From NCBI GenBank assembly GCA_964388085.1, contig CAYLZW010000002.1, positions 225-64,224 on the forward strand: a DNA stretch of 64,000 nt, read 5' to 3'. The notes under the pieces are model-generated. The model was not told the origin of the DNA. It did not search any database and saw only the letters and a program-made list of their open reading frames with translations. Positions 35,904-45,395 of this stretch are shown piece after piece; the stretch's first letter is position 1; every line of letters begins with the position of its first letter. The position numbers and the translations under genes were made by a program. This DNA is from an uncultured Myxococcales bacterium. GTDB lineage: Bacteria; Myxococcota; UBA727; CAYLZW01.

Positions 35904-38183
35904 CTACTCGGCCACGGGCGCTCCAGCGCAGCGGCCATCGGTTGGATCGCAGGGAGCGACGAGGAAGACGACCTCCCCCTCGTCCGCAGCGCTCGGGGCG
36001 TCCAGCGCGAAGTAGTGCGTCCCGGCGGCGAACGTGCCGCGCAACATGACGTCCCCAGCGCTCACGCAAGATCCCGCCGACGTCGACGTCAGCCAGGCGA
36101 CGTCCACATCGACACCGGAGGCGTGCAGCGCCATGACGCGGAGGCGAGTCGGGCTCGGCAGGTCGACGCGATAGACCACGTCCGCGCCGGACAGGGTGAC
36201 GCCGCAGCCGCCGCCATAGCTCCCGAGCGCCGAGCTCGCGCCGCCCCTCAGGTCGCGCAGCTCGGCGAAGGGCAAGCTGTCCACGACGCGGGGCGATGCA
36301 GGGGTGCCGCTGCCGGCGAGGGCCGGCGCGCCGGCGCCGTCCCAGGCGTCCCGCGCGGGCGTCGTCGTCGTGACCTGCCACACGCGATCGAGGGCCTGCA
36401 GCGAGAGCAGGTTCCTCAGATTGTAGCCCCAGATGAGACCGGTCTCCGCGTCGAAGTTGCAGAGTGAGATGTAGTCGGCGCTCGGGTGCACGCCGTCCGA
36501 CCGCAGCCCATAGTCCGGCAGCTGCAGCATCTCGCTGTAATAGTCGACGAAAGGCAGCTGGCGCCCCTCGGCCACCGCCCGCAGCACGACGTTCCACGAT
36601 GAGATGAGGTCGCGGAGCTCCGGATACTGGCCCGTATACGGAGGGATCGAATACAGGATGGGGATGACGCCGCGGGCGACGATCCAGTCGACCAGCTCGA
36701 CGATGTTCTCGTACATCCAGGGGAACTTCACGGCCGCGCTCGCGTCGAAGCCGCCGTACCCCATGTCGTTGGTACCGTACATCAGGAGCGCATAGCGGGG
36801 ATTGAGCGCGAGCAGCTCCTGCTCCACCGGCGGCGGGGTACCGCGCAGCGCCCAGTCCGCCGTCTTCGATGCCACGGCCGCGAAGCCACGACGCGCATAC
36901 GAGCTCGTGCCGCCCACGTCCGTCTCCAAGAACCACGCGTGTGCGGGGACGAGGTCGCCATAGCCCACCGCCGAGAGCGAGAAGGTCTCGGTCTCGAAGC
37001 AGCTCATGAACTCGTGGCCGGCGGAGATGGAGTCGCCCACCTTCATGAAGACCCGATCCCGACGGCTCGGCTGCTGCGCCGCGATCGCACGCAGGTTCTC
37101 GGTTACCGCGCAGGTAATGGGCGAATGCGTCCGATCCGCTGGATAGCGTGTCCAATTCTCGACGCACGCCTCCGGTGGCGGGGGCGGTGGCGGTGGCGGT
37201 GGTGGTGGTGGTGGCGGTGGCGGTGGAGGTGGCTCCGCGACGTCACAGACATCTCCGACGCCGTCCGCGTCAACGTCCGCCTGGCTCTGGTTCCACTCCA
37301 GCGGGCAGTTGTCTTCGTCGTCACAGAGCGCGTCGAAGTCCTGATCCGCGCAGCCCGTGTCCGACGTCGGGATGGTTGGCTGTGGATCACAGACTCCGCC
37401 TAGACCATCACCGTCCTGGTCCGCCTGATTCGGGTTCCACTGTGCCGGGCAGTTGTCATCGGCGTCGCAGGCGCCGTCACCGTCGCGGTCCGCGCAGGGA
37501 GCCGGCGCGCTCGGCCTGCTCGGAAGCGCGTCGCAGCTGTCCCCGAGGCGGTCGCCGTCCTCGTCGACCTGGCCAGCGTTCCACACGAGCGCGCAGTTGT
37601 CGGTCGCGTCGCAGACGCCGTCCCAATCTGTGTCGGTGCCAGCGCCTTCGCACCAATCGCAGCGCCAACACTCCCCGAGGCCGTCCTCGTCGTCGTCGAG
37701 CTGGGACGGGTTGTAACAGCCCACGCAGTTGTCGGCGTCGTCGCACACGGCGTCGTTGTCCGCGTCGATACAGCGGGCGCTCTTGGGCGCAGGGTCGCCC
37801 GCCTCGCCGCGACCTTCGTCCCCCGCGGGCGGGCTCGGATCCTCGGGGTCTGCGTCGCAATAGTCGCCGCGCCCGTCATCGTCGCGATCGCGTTGGTCGT
37901 GGTTCCATTCGAGGGGGCAGTTGTCGAGCTCGTCACAGACGTTGTCCCAGTCGAGGTCCGCGCCCGCGCCGTCACACTCATCACAGGGCCAGCAGTCCCC
38001 AAGACCGTCGCCATCCGCGTCGATCTGCAGGGGGTTGTAGCAAGCGGTGCAGTTGTCTTCGATGTCTGCTGTGCCATCGCCGTCGTCGTCGATGACCTGC
38101 GCCGCGGCGGGTGCAGGAAGCGCGGCGACGAGGCACGAGAGCAGCAGCGGGCACGAGCGGATGGGGCGGGCCGGATGGCGCAT
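35904..38183 (-). CDS. Secreted protein: thrombospondin-type-3-like Ca-binding repeats + 20-residue poly-Pro linker + GDSL/SGNH hydrolase domain
   Basis: Start taken at MRHPARPIRSCPLLLSCLVAALPAPAAAQ (signal peptide), not ORF-track 38696. Repeated D-x-D-x-DG-x-x-D/C units (DADGDGLGDCW, DDDEDGLGECW, DQDGDGLGGVCD). P20 run. VGDSISAG GDSL motif. Confidence 0.75.
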   Translation of the reverse strand: MRHPARPIRSCPLLLSCLVAALPAPAAAQVIDDDGDGTADIEDNCTACYNPLQIDADGDGLGDCWPCDECDGAGADLDWDNVCDELDNCPLEWNHDQRDRDDDGRGDYCDADPEDPSPPAGDEGRGEAGDPAPKSARCIDADNDAVCDDADNCVGCYNPSQLDDDEDGLGECWRCDWCEGAGTDTDWDGVCDATDNCALVWNAGQVDEDGDRLGDSCDALPSRPSAPAPCADRDGDGACDADDNCPAQWNPNQADQDGDGLGGVCDPQPTIPTSDTGCADQDFDALCDDEDNCPLEWNQSQADVDADGVGDVCDVAEPPPPPPPPPPPPPPPPPPPPEACVENWTRYPADRTHSPITCAVTENLRAIAAQQPSRRDRVFMKVGDSISAGHEFMSCFETETFSLSAVGYGDLVPAHAWFLETDVGGTSSYARRGFAAVASKTADWALRGTPPPVEQELLALNPRYALLMYGTNDMGYGGFDASAAVKFPWMYENIVELVDWIVARGVIPILYSIPPYTGQYPELRDLISSWNVVLRAVAEGRQLPFVDYYSEMLQLPDYGLRSDGVHPSADYISLCNFDAETGLIWGYNLRNLLSLQALDRVWQVTTTTPARDAWDGAGAPALAGSGTPASPRVVDSLPFAELRDLRGGASSALGSYGGGCGVTLSGADVVYRVDLPSPTRLRVMALHASGVDVDVAWLTSTSAGSCVSAGDVMLRGTFAAGTHYFALDAPSAADEGEVVFLVAPCDPTDGRCAGAPVAE
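37172..37233. repeat. GGN/CCN trinucleotide microsatellite-like tract encoding the P20 linker
   Basis: ~60 nt of (ggc/ggt/gga)n read directly on the plus strand. Confidence 0.8.
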
Positions 38184-38332
38184 GGGCGCTGACCTGAGGA
38201 AGGACCGTGCCAATGGCGCCCGGCGGTCGCGCACGCCTTTCTGGGCGATGCAGCGCGATCCATTCGAGCGAGTCCGACGCGCGTGTGGCGTGGCACGACG
38301 CCAATCAGCCACCGCATCGGCTGCGACCCACG

Positions 38333-39316
38333 TCAGCGTGCCAGGAAGACGTTGAACGACTTTGGGCGCTCCGAGAAGTCGCGATAGCGGCCGCGGATGT
38401 CGATGACGCCGATGAGCTCGGTCCGCCGGCCGGGGTGCACGTTGATGATGAACTGGGAGAGCGTCTCGAAGAGATAGTAGAGCCCGAGCCCCGCCCCGCC
38501 CTCCTTGTCGTCCACCTGATCGCTCCCCTTGCGGAAGCACTTGCCGAGATAGGCGACGACCGTCTCCGTGGCGAGCGATCCGAAGGGGTCGCGCACCGAG
38601 ATGCCGAGCTTGCGGCCGTCGGTGCAGAAGACGGCCTCCACCGACTTCCCGGCGGCGAGCTCTACCTCTTCGGTGCGGCTCAGGTGCGCGAAGCAACGCT
38701 CGCCGGCGTCGTTCGTGGGCGCGTTGTAGATGGCGTTGGTGATGAGCTCATCGGCCGCGCTCTGAAACAGCTCCACGAAGCGCGCTTGGGCACCCTTGCG
38801 CGTGGCGAAGGCGGCGGCGGCCCGGATGGCGGCGAAGCGATCGGAGGCGCGCGAGAGCGTGAGTCGCTCGTGCTCCGCGCCCCAGGGGAAGTACTTCTCG
38901 AGGCCGAAGATGTCGTCGCGCAGGATCTTCTGCACCGTGACCAGCAGCTCGTCGCCGTCGAGGTCACCGCTGCGCGCCAATAGGTGCGTAAGCGTGTGGC
39001 GCGCGAACAGCCCGGCCAGCTCGGTGCGCTGCGCTCCGCCCATGAAGAGCACGAAGCGCCCCGCGTCCTGCTGCCGCGCGAAGCGCTCGAAGATCGCGTC
39101 CCGCGCGCCTTCTTCGATCGCTTCATAGTCGACGACGACGAGATCGGCGTCGTCTGCCGCGACCTCGTCGGGCGTCGCTACGATCCGTACGTCGTCGACG
39201 ACGGCGCGGGCGATGCGTCCCAGGTCGCGCAGCGACGTCTTGTCCCCGACGAGAAACACGCGCTGCGCGGCACCCGGCCGCGCCTGTGGCGACGGAGCGT
39301 CGTCGGGCCGGTTCAT
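38333..39316 (-). CDS. Receiver-like domain + GHKL (RsbW/SpoIIAB-like) ATPase, paralog 2
   Basis: N-box ADELITNAIYNAP, G1 DPFGSL, G2 GGAGLGL. N-terminal CheY-like segment (ADLVVVDYEAI). Start MNRPDD overlaps the upstream stop (ATGA). Paralog of 45395..46360. Confidence 0.7.
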   Translation of the reverse strand: MNRPDDAPSPQARPGAAQRVFLVGDKTSLRDLGRIARAVVDDVRIVATPDEVAADDADLVVVDYEAIEEGARDAIFERFARQQDAGRFVLFMGGAQRTELAGLFARHTLTHLLARSGDLDGDELLVTVQKILRDDIFGLEKYFPWGAEHERLTLSRASDRFAAIRAAAAFATRKGAQARFVELFQSAADELITNAIYNAPTNDAGERCFAHLSRTEEVELAAGKSVEAVFCTDGRKLGISVRDPFGSLATETVVAYLGKCFRKGSDQVDDKEGGAGLGLYYLFETLSQFIINVHPGRRTELIGVIDIRGRYRDFSERPKSFNVFLAR

Positions 39317-40401
39317 GCGGGAGTCAGATCCGCGGCGGAGCGGTCCGGCGCGGCGCTGGGCGCGCGCTCTTCGCAGACGCGTACGCGCCAACCGATGCGA
39401 CCATCCACGCGCCCTTCGTCGAGCGACTCCCGTTCCACGATCTGCACCTCGACGGCGCCCATCACCCGGGGCGAGAGGATGTCGAGCGACAAGATGTCAC
39501 CCACGTCATACGGCACGAAGAACGCCCTCCGCGGCACGAGCAAGGCGCCCGCCTGCAGGTCGCCTCGCAGCAGGAAGAAGTCGACGCGCGTGCCGTGGCG
39601 CGCGCGCACGCGGATCTGGCCAGGCGAAGCCTCCGAGCGCTTCGTCGTCGCTGGCCTCACGCGCATCACGTTCGTGTCGCGCACGAAGCGGGTGATGGCC
39701 GCCCGTGCCGGGGCCGACACCGCGACGAACTCCACGCCCATGCGTATGCGCTCGGCGCCGGTCGGGCCCGTGAAGCGCTCGCGCCAACGAACGCGCGCGT
39801 TCAGCTCCGCCGCCTGCTCGAAGACATTGATCTCGAAGGTCAGCCCCTCGAGCTCTTCGTGCTCGAGGCCGCACTCGATCATCGCGCCGCAGGCGCTGAT
39901 GTTCACCAGCTCGCCCTCGAACTGAAGGCCGGACTGGCCGCTGATCTCGTCGTTGACGGCGGCGCGCTCGGCGAGCCGGTGCAGCGTCACGTTCGGCAGC
40001 ATCGCCAGGCGCCGCATGAGCTGTCCGAACGCTCCCTCCGGCCAGACGAACACCTGGCGCAGGCCGAGCTTCGCGGCGCGTCGCGTCGAGCCCGCGCTGC
40101 GCGTCGACGAGCACGCGATGAACACGGCGGAGTCCGGTGTTTCGGCGCAGCGTTCGGCCACGTGCGCCCAGATCTTCTCCGGCGCGTTGCTGCCGATGGC
40201 GAGGTCGACGAGCACGAACGCTTTGCCCTTCGCCCCGTCGATCGCCTCGCACACAGCCCGAACGGAGCGGGCGCGCACCACGTCGATGCCCGCGCGAGCG
40301 AGCAGCTCGCGCTTGCCGTCATCGAGCGAGAGGCGATGCAGCACCACGCGCCCGTGGCCGCCCCGCTCCCCCTCTTCACGTTCGCCCGCGGTCGACGTCA
40401 T
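39313..40401 (-). CDS. Response-regulator receiver + PilZ-domain protein
   Basis: Receiver-like AFVLVDLAIG...KLGLRQVFVWP. PilZ motifs RLAERAAVNDE (RxxxR) and NISACGAM (D/NxSxGG-like). The second C-terminal beta-barrel may be a degenerate PilZ. Confidence 0.65.
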   Translation of the reverse strand: MTSTAGEREEGERGGHGRVVLHRLSLDDGKRELLARAGIDVVRARSVRAVCEAIDGAKGKAFVLVDLAIGSNAPEKIWAHVAERCAETPDSAVFIACSSTRSAGSTRRAAKLGLRQVFVWPEGAFGQLMRRLAMLPNVTLHRLAERAAVNDEISGQSGLQFEGELVNISACGAMIECGLEHEELEGLTFEINVFEQAAELNARVRWRERFTGPTGAERIRMGVEFVAVSAPARAAITRFVRDTNVMRVRPATTKRSEASPGQIRVRARHGTRVDFFLLRGDLQAGALLVPRRAFFVPYDVGDILSLDILSPRVMGAVEVQIVERESLDEGRVDGRIGWRVRVCEERAPSAAPDRSAADLTPA

Positions 40402-40513
40402 TGCGCTCCGGCACGAGACCTTCGTTCAGGCATCTTTCCGCGCGCGCCGCGCGGAAGCAAAGCGAGACACGCGAGCGATGGCGCCGGCGGGGCATGTGGG
40501 CGTCGTGCGCACA

Positions 40514-42760
40514 TCACCCGCGGGGCGGCTTCTTTCGCTTCGGCGCCTTTGCCGGTGCGGCCGCCTCAGCGGTCTGTCGGAGCGCGCCGTGAAGGGTGAT
40601 GCCGCCGTCGATGGAGATGGTCGAGTGCGTGGGCGTCAGAAGCGGCAGGTCCATGGCGCCCGACTCGTGGGAGCGCGCGGCGAGCGCCTCGAGCCACTGC
40701 GAGAGATGAGCGGCCGTGGCCACGCGAGCGATCGCGACCAGCGTCGCCTCGAGCTCAAGCTGCAGCGCTCTCGCCGACGAGAAGCGCGCGTCCGGCTCGC
40801 GGCTCACGCAGCGCGCGATGATGTCGTCCAGCGCGCCCGGCACATCGGGGCGCACGGAACGGACCGAGGGCACCGGCTCGTTCAGCACCGCGAACATCGA
40901 CATGTACTCGCTGTCGCGGCGGAACAGCGGCGTGCCGGTCAGCATCTCCCACAGCACCACGCCGACGGCCCAGAGGTCCGTGCGCCGATCGACGTCACCG
41001 CGCGCGGGGTCGATCTGCTCCGGCGCCATATAGATGACCTTGCCCTTCAGGTTCCCCGCGCGCGTCTCGAGCAGCGAGTGCGCCACCTTGGAGACGCCGA
41101 AGTCCGTGAGCTTCACGGCGCCGTTCAGGGACAACAGGACATTGTGCGGCGAGACGTCGCGGTGGACCAGCTCCAGCACCCTGCCGTCGTCATCGGCGCA
41201 GCTGTGCGCCGCGTGCAGGCCGGCACAGATATCGGACGCGATGCGACACGCCAGCTCGACGGGCAGCGCCACGTCCAGGTGCTGCGCGGCGCTGATGACC
41301 GAGCGCAGGTCCCAGCCGTCGACGAGCTCCATGGCGATGAAGTAGCCGTCGTCGTCTTGGCCGAGATCGAAGATCTGCACGACGTTCGGGTGCGTGATGG
41401 CCGCCGCCACACGCGCCTCTTGCAGGAAGAGCTGAGAGAAGTGTTCGTTGGCTGCCAGCTCCGGCAGGATTCGCTTGAGCGCGACCTGCTTGACGAAGCC
41501 CTCGGGCCCCCGCTGCTTGGCGACGGAGACCTCCGCCATACCGCCGCGCCCGAGCGGTCGGACGGCCTCGTAGCGGGTGAGCGCGGAGCCGCTCAGCGTC
41601 CCCGTCGAGGGCGGCGCGCTCGCCGGCACACGGACGGCGCCGACGTCGGGCAGCGCTTCGCCGGGATGCGCTGCCAGGTAGGACATCACCGCGCTCGGCA
41701 CGCGCTCGGCGAACAGGTCGAGGACCTCCGTGGCCCCAGCGGCGCTGTCGACCGGCCATGGGGCGCCGCACGCGGGACAATTCGCGCGTGGCTCGCCGGC
41801 GTGCACAGGAGAACGATCCGTGGACGACCTCGCGAGCAACGCCTTCATCGCGATCGCGTCTAGCTCCAGGGTGACGAGCTTCGCACAGCTCGCGCACGAC
41901 GACGACAGCAGCACGGTGGCGACGCGTCCCGCGAGCGCCGCCTGCAGCGGAGCGTTGCCCGTGTCCAGCAACGAGAGCGGGACCCTCGCCCAATACACGT
42001 CCGCGTCCGCGCTCTCTGCGACGTCGAGCAGCCTGCTGCTGCCAGCGTCGTCGACGCTGGTGACGCCCGCCAGCACCACGAGCACGATCCCCTCGAACCC
42101 GTCCGCGAGGCGCCGGAGTCGCGCCTTCGACGACACGCAGCCCTGAAGCCACAGGGAGGTGACGAGGCCGGTCACCTCCTTTTGGGCACGAAAGGGAGCG
42201 GGCCGAGGCGACGTCGCCGCGCCGAGCGCGACGTCGACCAGCGCGTTCAGCGCCGACGGCAACGGCGGTGAGCCCTGCGTGCGCGCGAACGACAGGTAGG
42301 CCTCGGGCACGTCGTCGAGCTCGGCCTCGGCGCCACAGCGATGACAGCGCGCCACGGGGAGCGGCGCGCTCGGCTGCAGCACGCTCTTGCCCGGCGGCGT
42401 CCGCAGGTCCACGAGGAGGTCGGTCTCGACGTCGCACGCCTCACACACGTAGGGCAGATAGAAGCTGACGAGCGCGGCGCCTCCGGCGAAGCCGCCCACC
42501 ATATTGAGCTGCGCCACGATCGCGGGGCGCGCGTGGATGATGCAGGCGTGCTCTACGTCGAGCGCGCCCATGGCGGAGACCCATTCGCGCACGCCAAACG
42601 ACGTGATGCGCCTCACCCCGTCGAGGTCGAAGACGACGAGGCCCGCCAGATCGCGCAGGTCCGCTCGCTGGAAGCTGGCGTCGAGCTCCCCCGCGATGTG
42701 GACGAGCGTGCCTCCCGGCAGCTTGCGCTTGTCGATGCGCAGCGTCTGGCTCGGCGCCAT
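40514..42760 (-). CDS. 2x(STAS + zinc ribbon) - Hanks Ser/Thr kinase, paralog C
   Basis: Start MAPSQTLRIDK. STAS-1 VVFDLDGVRRITSFGVREWV + VCEACD...CHRCGAE. STAS-2 with SCASCAK...CPACGAP. Kinase motifs GRGGMAEV, VALKRI, HRDVSPHN, DFGVSK, YMAPEQ. Confidence 0.85.
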   Translation of the reverse strand: MAPSQTLRIDKRKLPGGTLVHIAGELDASFQRADLRDLAGLVVFDLDGVRRITSFGVREWVSAMGALDVEHACIIHARPAIVAQLNMVGGFAGGAALVSFYLPYVCEACDVETDLLVDLRTPPGKSVLQPSAPLPVARCHRCGAEAELDDVPEAYLSFARTQGSPPLPSALNALVDVALGAATSPRPAPFRAQKEVTGLVTSLWLQGCVSSKARLRRLADGFEGIVLVVLAGVTSVDDAGSSRLLDVAESADADVYWARVPLSLLDTGNAPLQAALAGRVATVLLSSSCASCAKLVTLELDAIAMKALLARSSTDRSPVHAGEPRANCPACGAPWPVDSAAGATEVLDLFAERVPSAVMSYLAAHPGEALPDVGAVRVPASAPPSTGTLSGSALTRYEAVRPLGRGGMAEVSVAKQRGPEGFVKQVALKRILPELAANEHFSQLFLQEARVAAAITHPNVVQIFDLGQDDDGYFIAMELVDGWDLRSVISAAQHLDVALPVELACRIASDICAGLHAAHSCADDDGRVLELVHRDVSPHNVLLSLNGAVKLTDFGVSKVAHSLLETRAGNLKGKVIYMAPEQIDPARGDVDRRTDLWAVGVVLWEMLTGTPLFRRDSEYMSMFAVLNEPVPSVRSVRPDVPGALDDIIARCVSREPDARFSSARALQLELEATLVAIARVATAAHLSQWLEALAARSHESGAMDLPLLTPTHSTISIDGGITLHGALRQTAEAAAPAKAPKRKKPPRG

Positions 42761-42762
42761 CG

Positions 42763-43254
42763 TCAAGTGGAGGTACGTCCCGCCGACTCGTCGACGAAGG
42801 CGAGATACGACTCCGGCGTGTCGTCGAGCTGCATCTCGCCGCCGCACTCCGGACAGGGGGCGCACTCGTCGAGCGTCGGTCGTCGCCCCGGCTGCAGCTC
42901 GAGGGGGAGCGTACGCTCGTCGTCACACGCCTCACAGAAATAGGGCACGAGGATCGACGTCACCGCGGCGTCCCCCCGCATGGTCGCGATCATGCTGAGC
43001 TGCCGGACCATGACGGGCGAGCAGCGCTCGAGCTCGACCTTGGTGGCTTTGCTCGATAGGCGCTGCAGAAAGCCGATCCACTCGCGCACGCCACAGGAGT
43101 TGATGCGTTGGACCTCGGACAGGTTCAGCACCACGCGCTCTGTCGCCGCCGCGACGACACCCGAGAAGTCGGCCTCTTCCGTGATCTCGCCCCTCATGAC
43201 GAATCGATGGGTCGCGCCGCTCTCCTCGAGGCTCCAGGTCAGACCGTCGGTCAC
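42763..43254 (-). CDS. Standalone STAS + zinc-ribbon protein (paralog of 13203..13709)
   Basis: VVLNLSEVQRINSCGVREWI...VELERCSPVMVRQLSMI; FCEACDDE...CPECGGEM. GTG start overlapping the kinase B stop (GTGA). 2 nt before the kinase C ATG. Confidence 0.75.
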   Translation of the reverse strand: MTDGLTWSLEESGATHRFVMRGEITEEADFSGVVAAATERVVLNLSEVQRINSCGVREWIGFLQRLSSKATKVELERCSPVMVRQLSMIATMRGDAAVTSILVPYFCEACDDERTLPLELQPGRRPTLDECAPCPECGGEMQLDDTPESYLAFVDESAGRTST

Positions 43255-45395
43255 GGGACCTCCTCATCCGGTATGGACATCGTCACCTCCGGCCAGGCGT
43301 CGACCTCCGTCTGGGTCCGGTCGAAACCACGCTCTTCCTCGTCGTTCGGGAGGAGCGCGCCGTGCGGGGGCGTGAAGTCCAGGCGACGGATCTCCCCCTC
43401 AGCGTATCCCTGTCTCGCCAGCCCGTGCAGCCAGTGCGCCAGGTGTGCCGAGCTGGCCGGTTGGCCGATGTCGAGGAGCACGCGCTCGAGCGCGAGGTGG
43501 AGGTGGCGCGCCGTCTCGAAGCGATCCGTCGGCAAGCGCGCCGTCGCGCGACGGATGACGTCGACCAGCGACGGGGGAACGTCCGGCCGCTTCTCCTCGA
43601 TGGGCGGGATGTCAGCTTCGAGCGCGGCCCGCATGGAGGCCAGCTCTTCGTTGCGCCACAGCGCCGGGACGCCGGTGAGACACTCGTGCAGCACCAGGCC
43701 GGCGGCGAACACATCGACGCGGCGGTCCACCGCGCCGAGGGTGCCGTCGAGCTGCTCGGGAGAGATGTAGATGACCTTGCCGCGCACCGTGCCCGGCCGG
43801 GTGCCGAGGTTCGCGCCGGCCGGCTTGGAGATGCCGAAGTCGGTCACCTTGACGCCGCCTTGCACCGAGATGAGCACGTTGTCCGGCGAGACGTCTCGGT
43901 GAATGATCTCGAGGCGTCGGCCGTCCTCGCCGCGCGCCGAATGGGCGGCGTGCAGCCCGGCGGCGACGTCGCTGACGACGCGGCAGCACAGCTCGATGGG
44001 GAACGACCGCTTGAGCCGGCGGGCGTAGCGCAGCACGCTGCGCAGGTCCCACCCGCGCACGTACTCCATGGCGATGAAGTAGTCCGCGCCCTCTTGTCCG
44101 AGGTCGTGGATCTGCACCACGTTCGGGTGGGAGATGCGAGCGGAGAGGCGCGCCTCCCGCAGGAACATCTCGGAGAGCTCCGGATCGCGCGTGAGCTCGG
44201 GCAGCACGCGTTTGACGACGACGCGCTTCTTGAACCCGCCGGGACCGAGCACCTCGGCGAGCAGGACCTCGGCCATGCCGCCTCGCCCGATGCGGCGCAC
44301 GATGCGGTAGCGCTCACCGATGCGCCCGGGTGCGCGCGCGGAAGCGGTGTCCTTCGGCTCGACGGGGGTCGGCTCGCCGCCGGGTCGATCGCGGAGATAG
44401 TCGGCGAGCTCGATCGGTGACTCGCCCGCCAGCAGGTCCTTCAACGTCGCCAGCATGTCCGCGGTCAGCCACTCGGCGGCGCGTCCACCGCCGTCGACTC
44501 GAGCGATCTCCTGCGCGAGGATGCGCGCGTCGAACTCGAGCGTCTTCCGATGTGGCGGCGTCAGCAGCGCCGAGAGCACGCGACCGCGAAACGCCCGTAC
44601 GCCCGCGGGTGGCAACGACTGCAGCAGAGCGAGCGAGACGCGCGCGAAGTACGCGTTGGTGCGCTCCGCCAGCTCTCGCAAGCGTTCGGCGCCGAGCTCG
44701 TCCATACCGGTGACACCCGCGCAGATGACGACGACGTGCCCCTCGAGCCCATCGAGCAGGCGCTTGGTGCGCAGGCGGCGATCGATGTGCCCGCCGATCC
44801 ACAGCGCGGTGACGTCACCCTCGACCTCTTTGCGCAGCTGAAAGCTCGACGAGGGCGTCGCGCCCTCGAGCAAGCCGAGCAGACGGCTGACGGCGCGCGG
44901 CGGCGACGGCTCCGGCGCCGAGGACACGAACGAGAGATACGAGGAGGCGATGTCGTCGAGCTCCGCCGGCTCTTTGCAGCGCGGACAGGGCAGCGGTCTC
45001 GGCCCCCCGCGTCGAAGGGCGAGCACTGCCTCCTTCGCGCTCATCAGCACCTGCTGCTCGTGATCGCAGTGCTCGCAGATGTACGGCAGGTACAGGCTCA
45101 GCACCTCGCCACGCCCCACGAAGCCCGCCACCATGTTGAGCTGCGCGACGATGGCAGGGCGACAGCGGATGAGCCCGAGGAAGGAGGCGTCGATCGACTC
45201 GAGCGCGGCGATCCACTCGGGCACGCCGTAGCTCGTGACGCGCGTGACGCCGTCGAGATCGAGCACCACGGCGCCCTGCAGGTGGTCGAGCTTGTCGCGC
45301 GGGAAGCCCGCGCCGATGGTGCCGCTCAACGTCACCAGCGACACGCCGGGCGCCGGCGAGCTGACGATCGCTTCGAGTGAGGCGGGCGCCGTCAT
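43251..45395 (-). CDS. 2x(STAS + zinc ribbon) - Hanks Ser/Thr kinase, paralog B
   Basis: Start MTAPASLEAIV (TGATG overlap with the upstream stop). VVLDLDGVTRVTSYGVPEWI + ICEHCDHE...CPRCKEP. Kinase motifs GRGGMAEV, VVVKRV, HRDVSPDN, DFGISK, YISPEQ. Confidence 0.85.
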   Translation of the reverse strand: MTAPASLEAIVSSPAPGVSLVTLSGTIGAGFPRDKLDHLQGAVVLDLDGVTRVTSYGVPEWIAALESIDASFLGLIRCRPAIVAQLNMVAGFVGRGEVLSLYLPYICEHCDHEQQVLMSAKEAVLALRRGGPRPLPCPRCKEPAELDDIASSYLSFVSSAPEPSPPRAVSRLLGLLEGATPSSSFQLRKEVEGDVTALWIGGHIDRRLRTKRLLDGLEGHVVVICAGVTGMDELGAERLRELAERTNAYFARVSLALLQSLPPAGVRAFRGRVLSALLTPPHRKTLEFDARILAQEIARVDGGGRAAEWLTADMLATLKDLLAGESPIELADYLRDRPGGEPTPVEPKDTASARAPGRIGERYRIVRRIGRGGMAEVLLAEVLGPGGFKKRVVVKRVLPELTRDPELSEMFLREARLSARISHPNVVQIHDLGQEGADYFIAMEYVRGWDLRSVLRYARRLKRSFPIELCCRVVSDVAAGLHAAHSARGEDGRRLEIIHRDVSPDNVLISVQGGVKVTDFGISKPAGANLGTRPGTVRGKVIYISPEQLDGTLGAVDRRVDVFAAGLVLHECLTGVPALWRNEELASMRAALEADIPPIEEKRPDVPPSLVDVIRRATARLPTDRFETARHLHLALERVLLDIGQPASSAHLAHWLHGLARQGYAEGEIRRLDFTPPHGALLPNDEEERGFDRTQTEVDAWPEVTMSIPDEEVP

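Noticed and set aside
38184-38696. N-terminal 171-aa extension of the TSP3/GDSL gene and similar long N-terminal extensions of ORFs 42865, 45524, 46690, 39391, 58728, 14402
   Set aside because: The extensions are Arg-rich and overlap the upstream genes. Internal starts give signal peptides or conserved N-termini that align between paralogs, and produce canonical ATGA/TGATG coupling.
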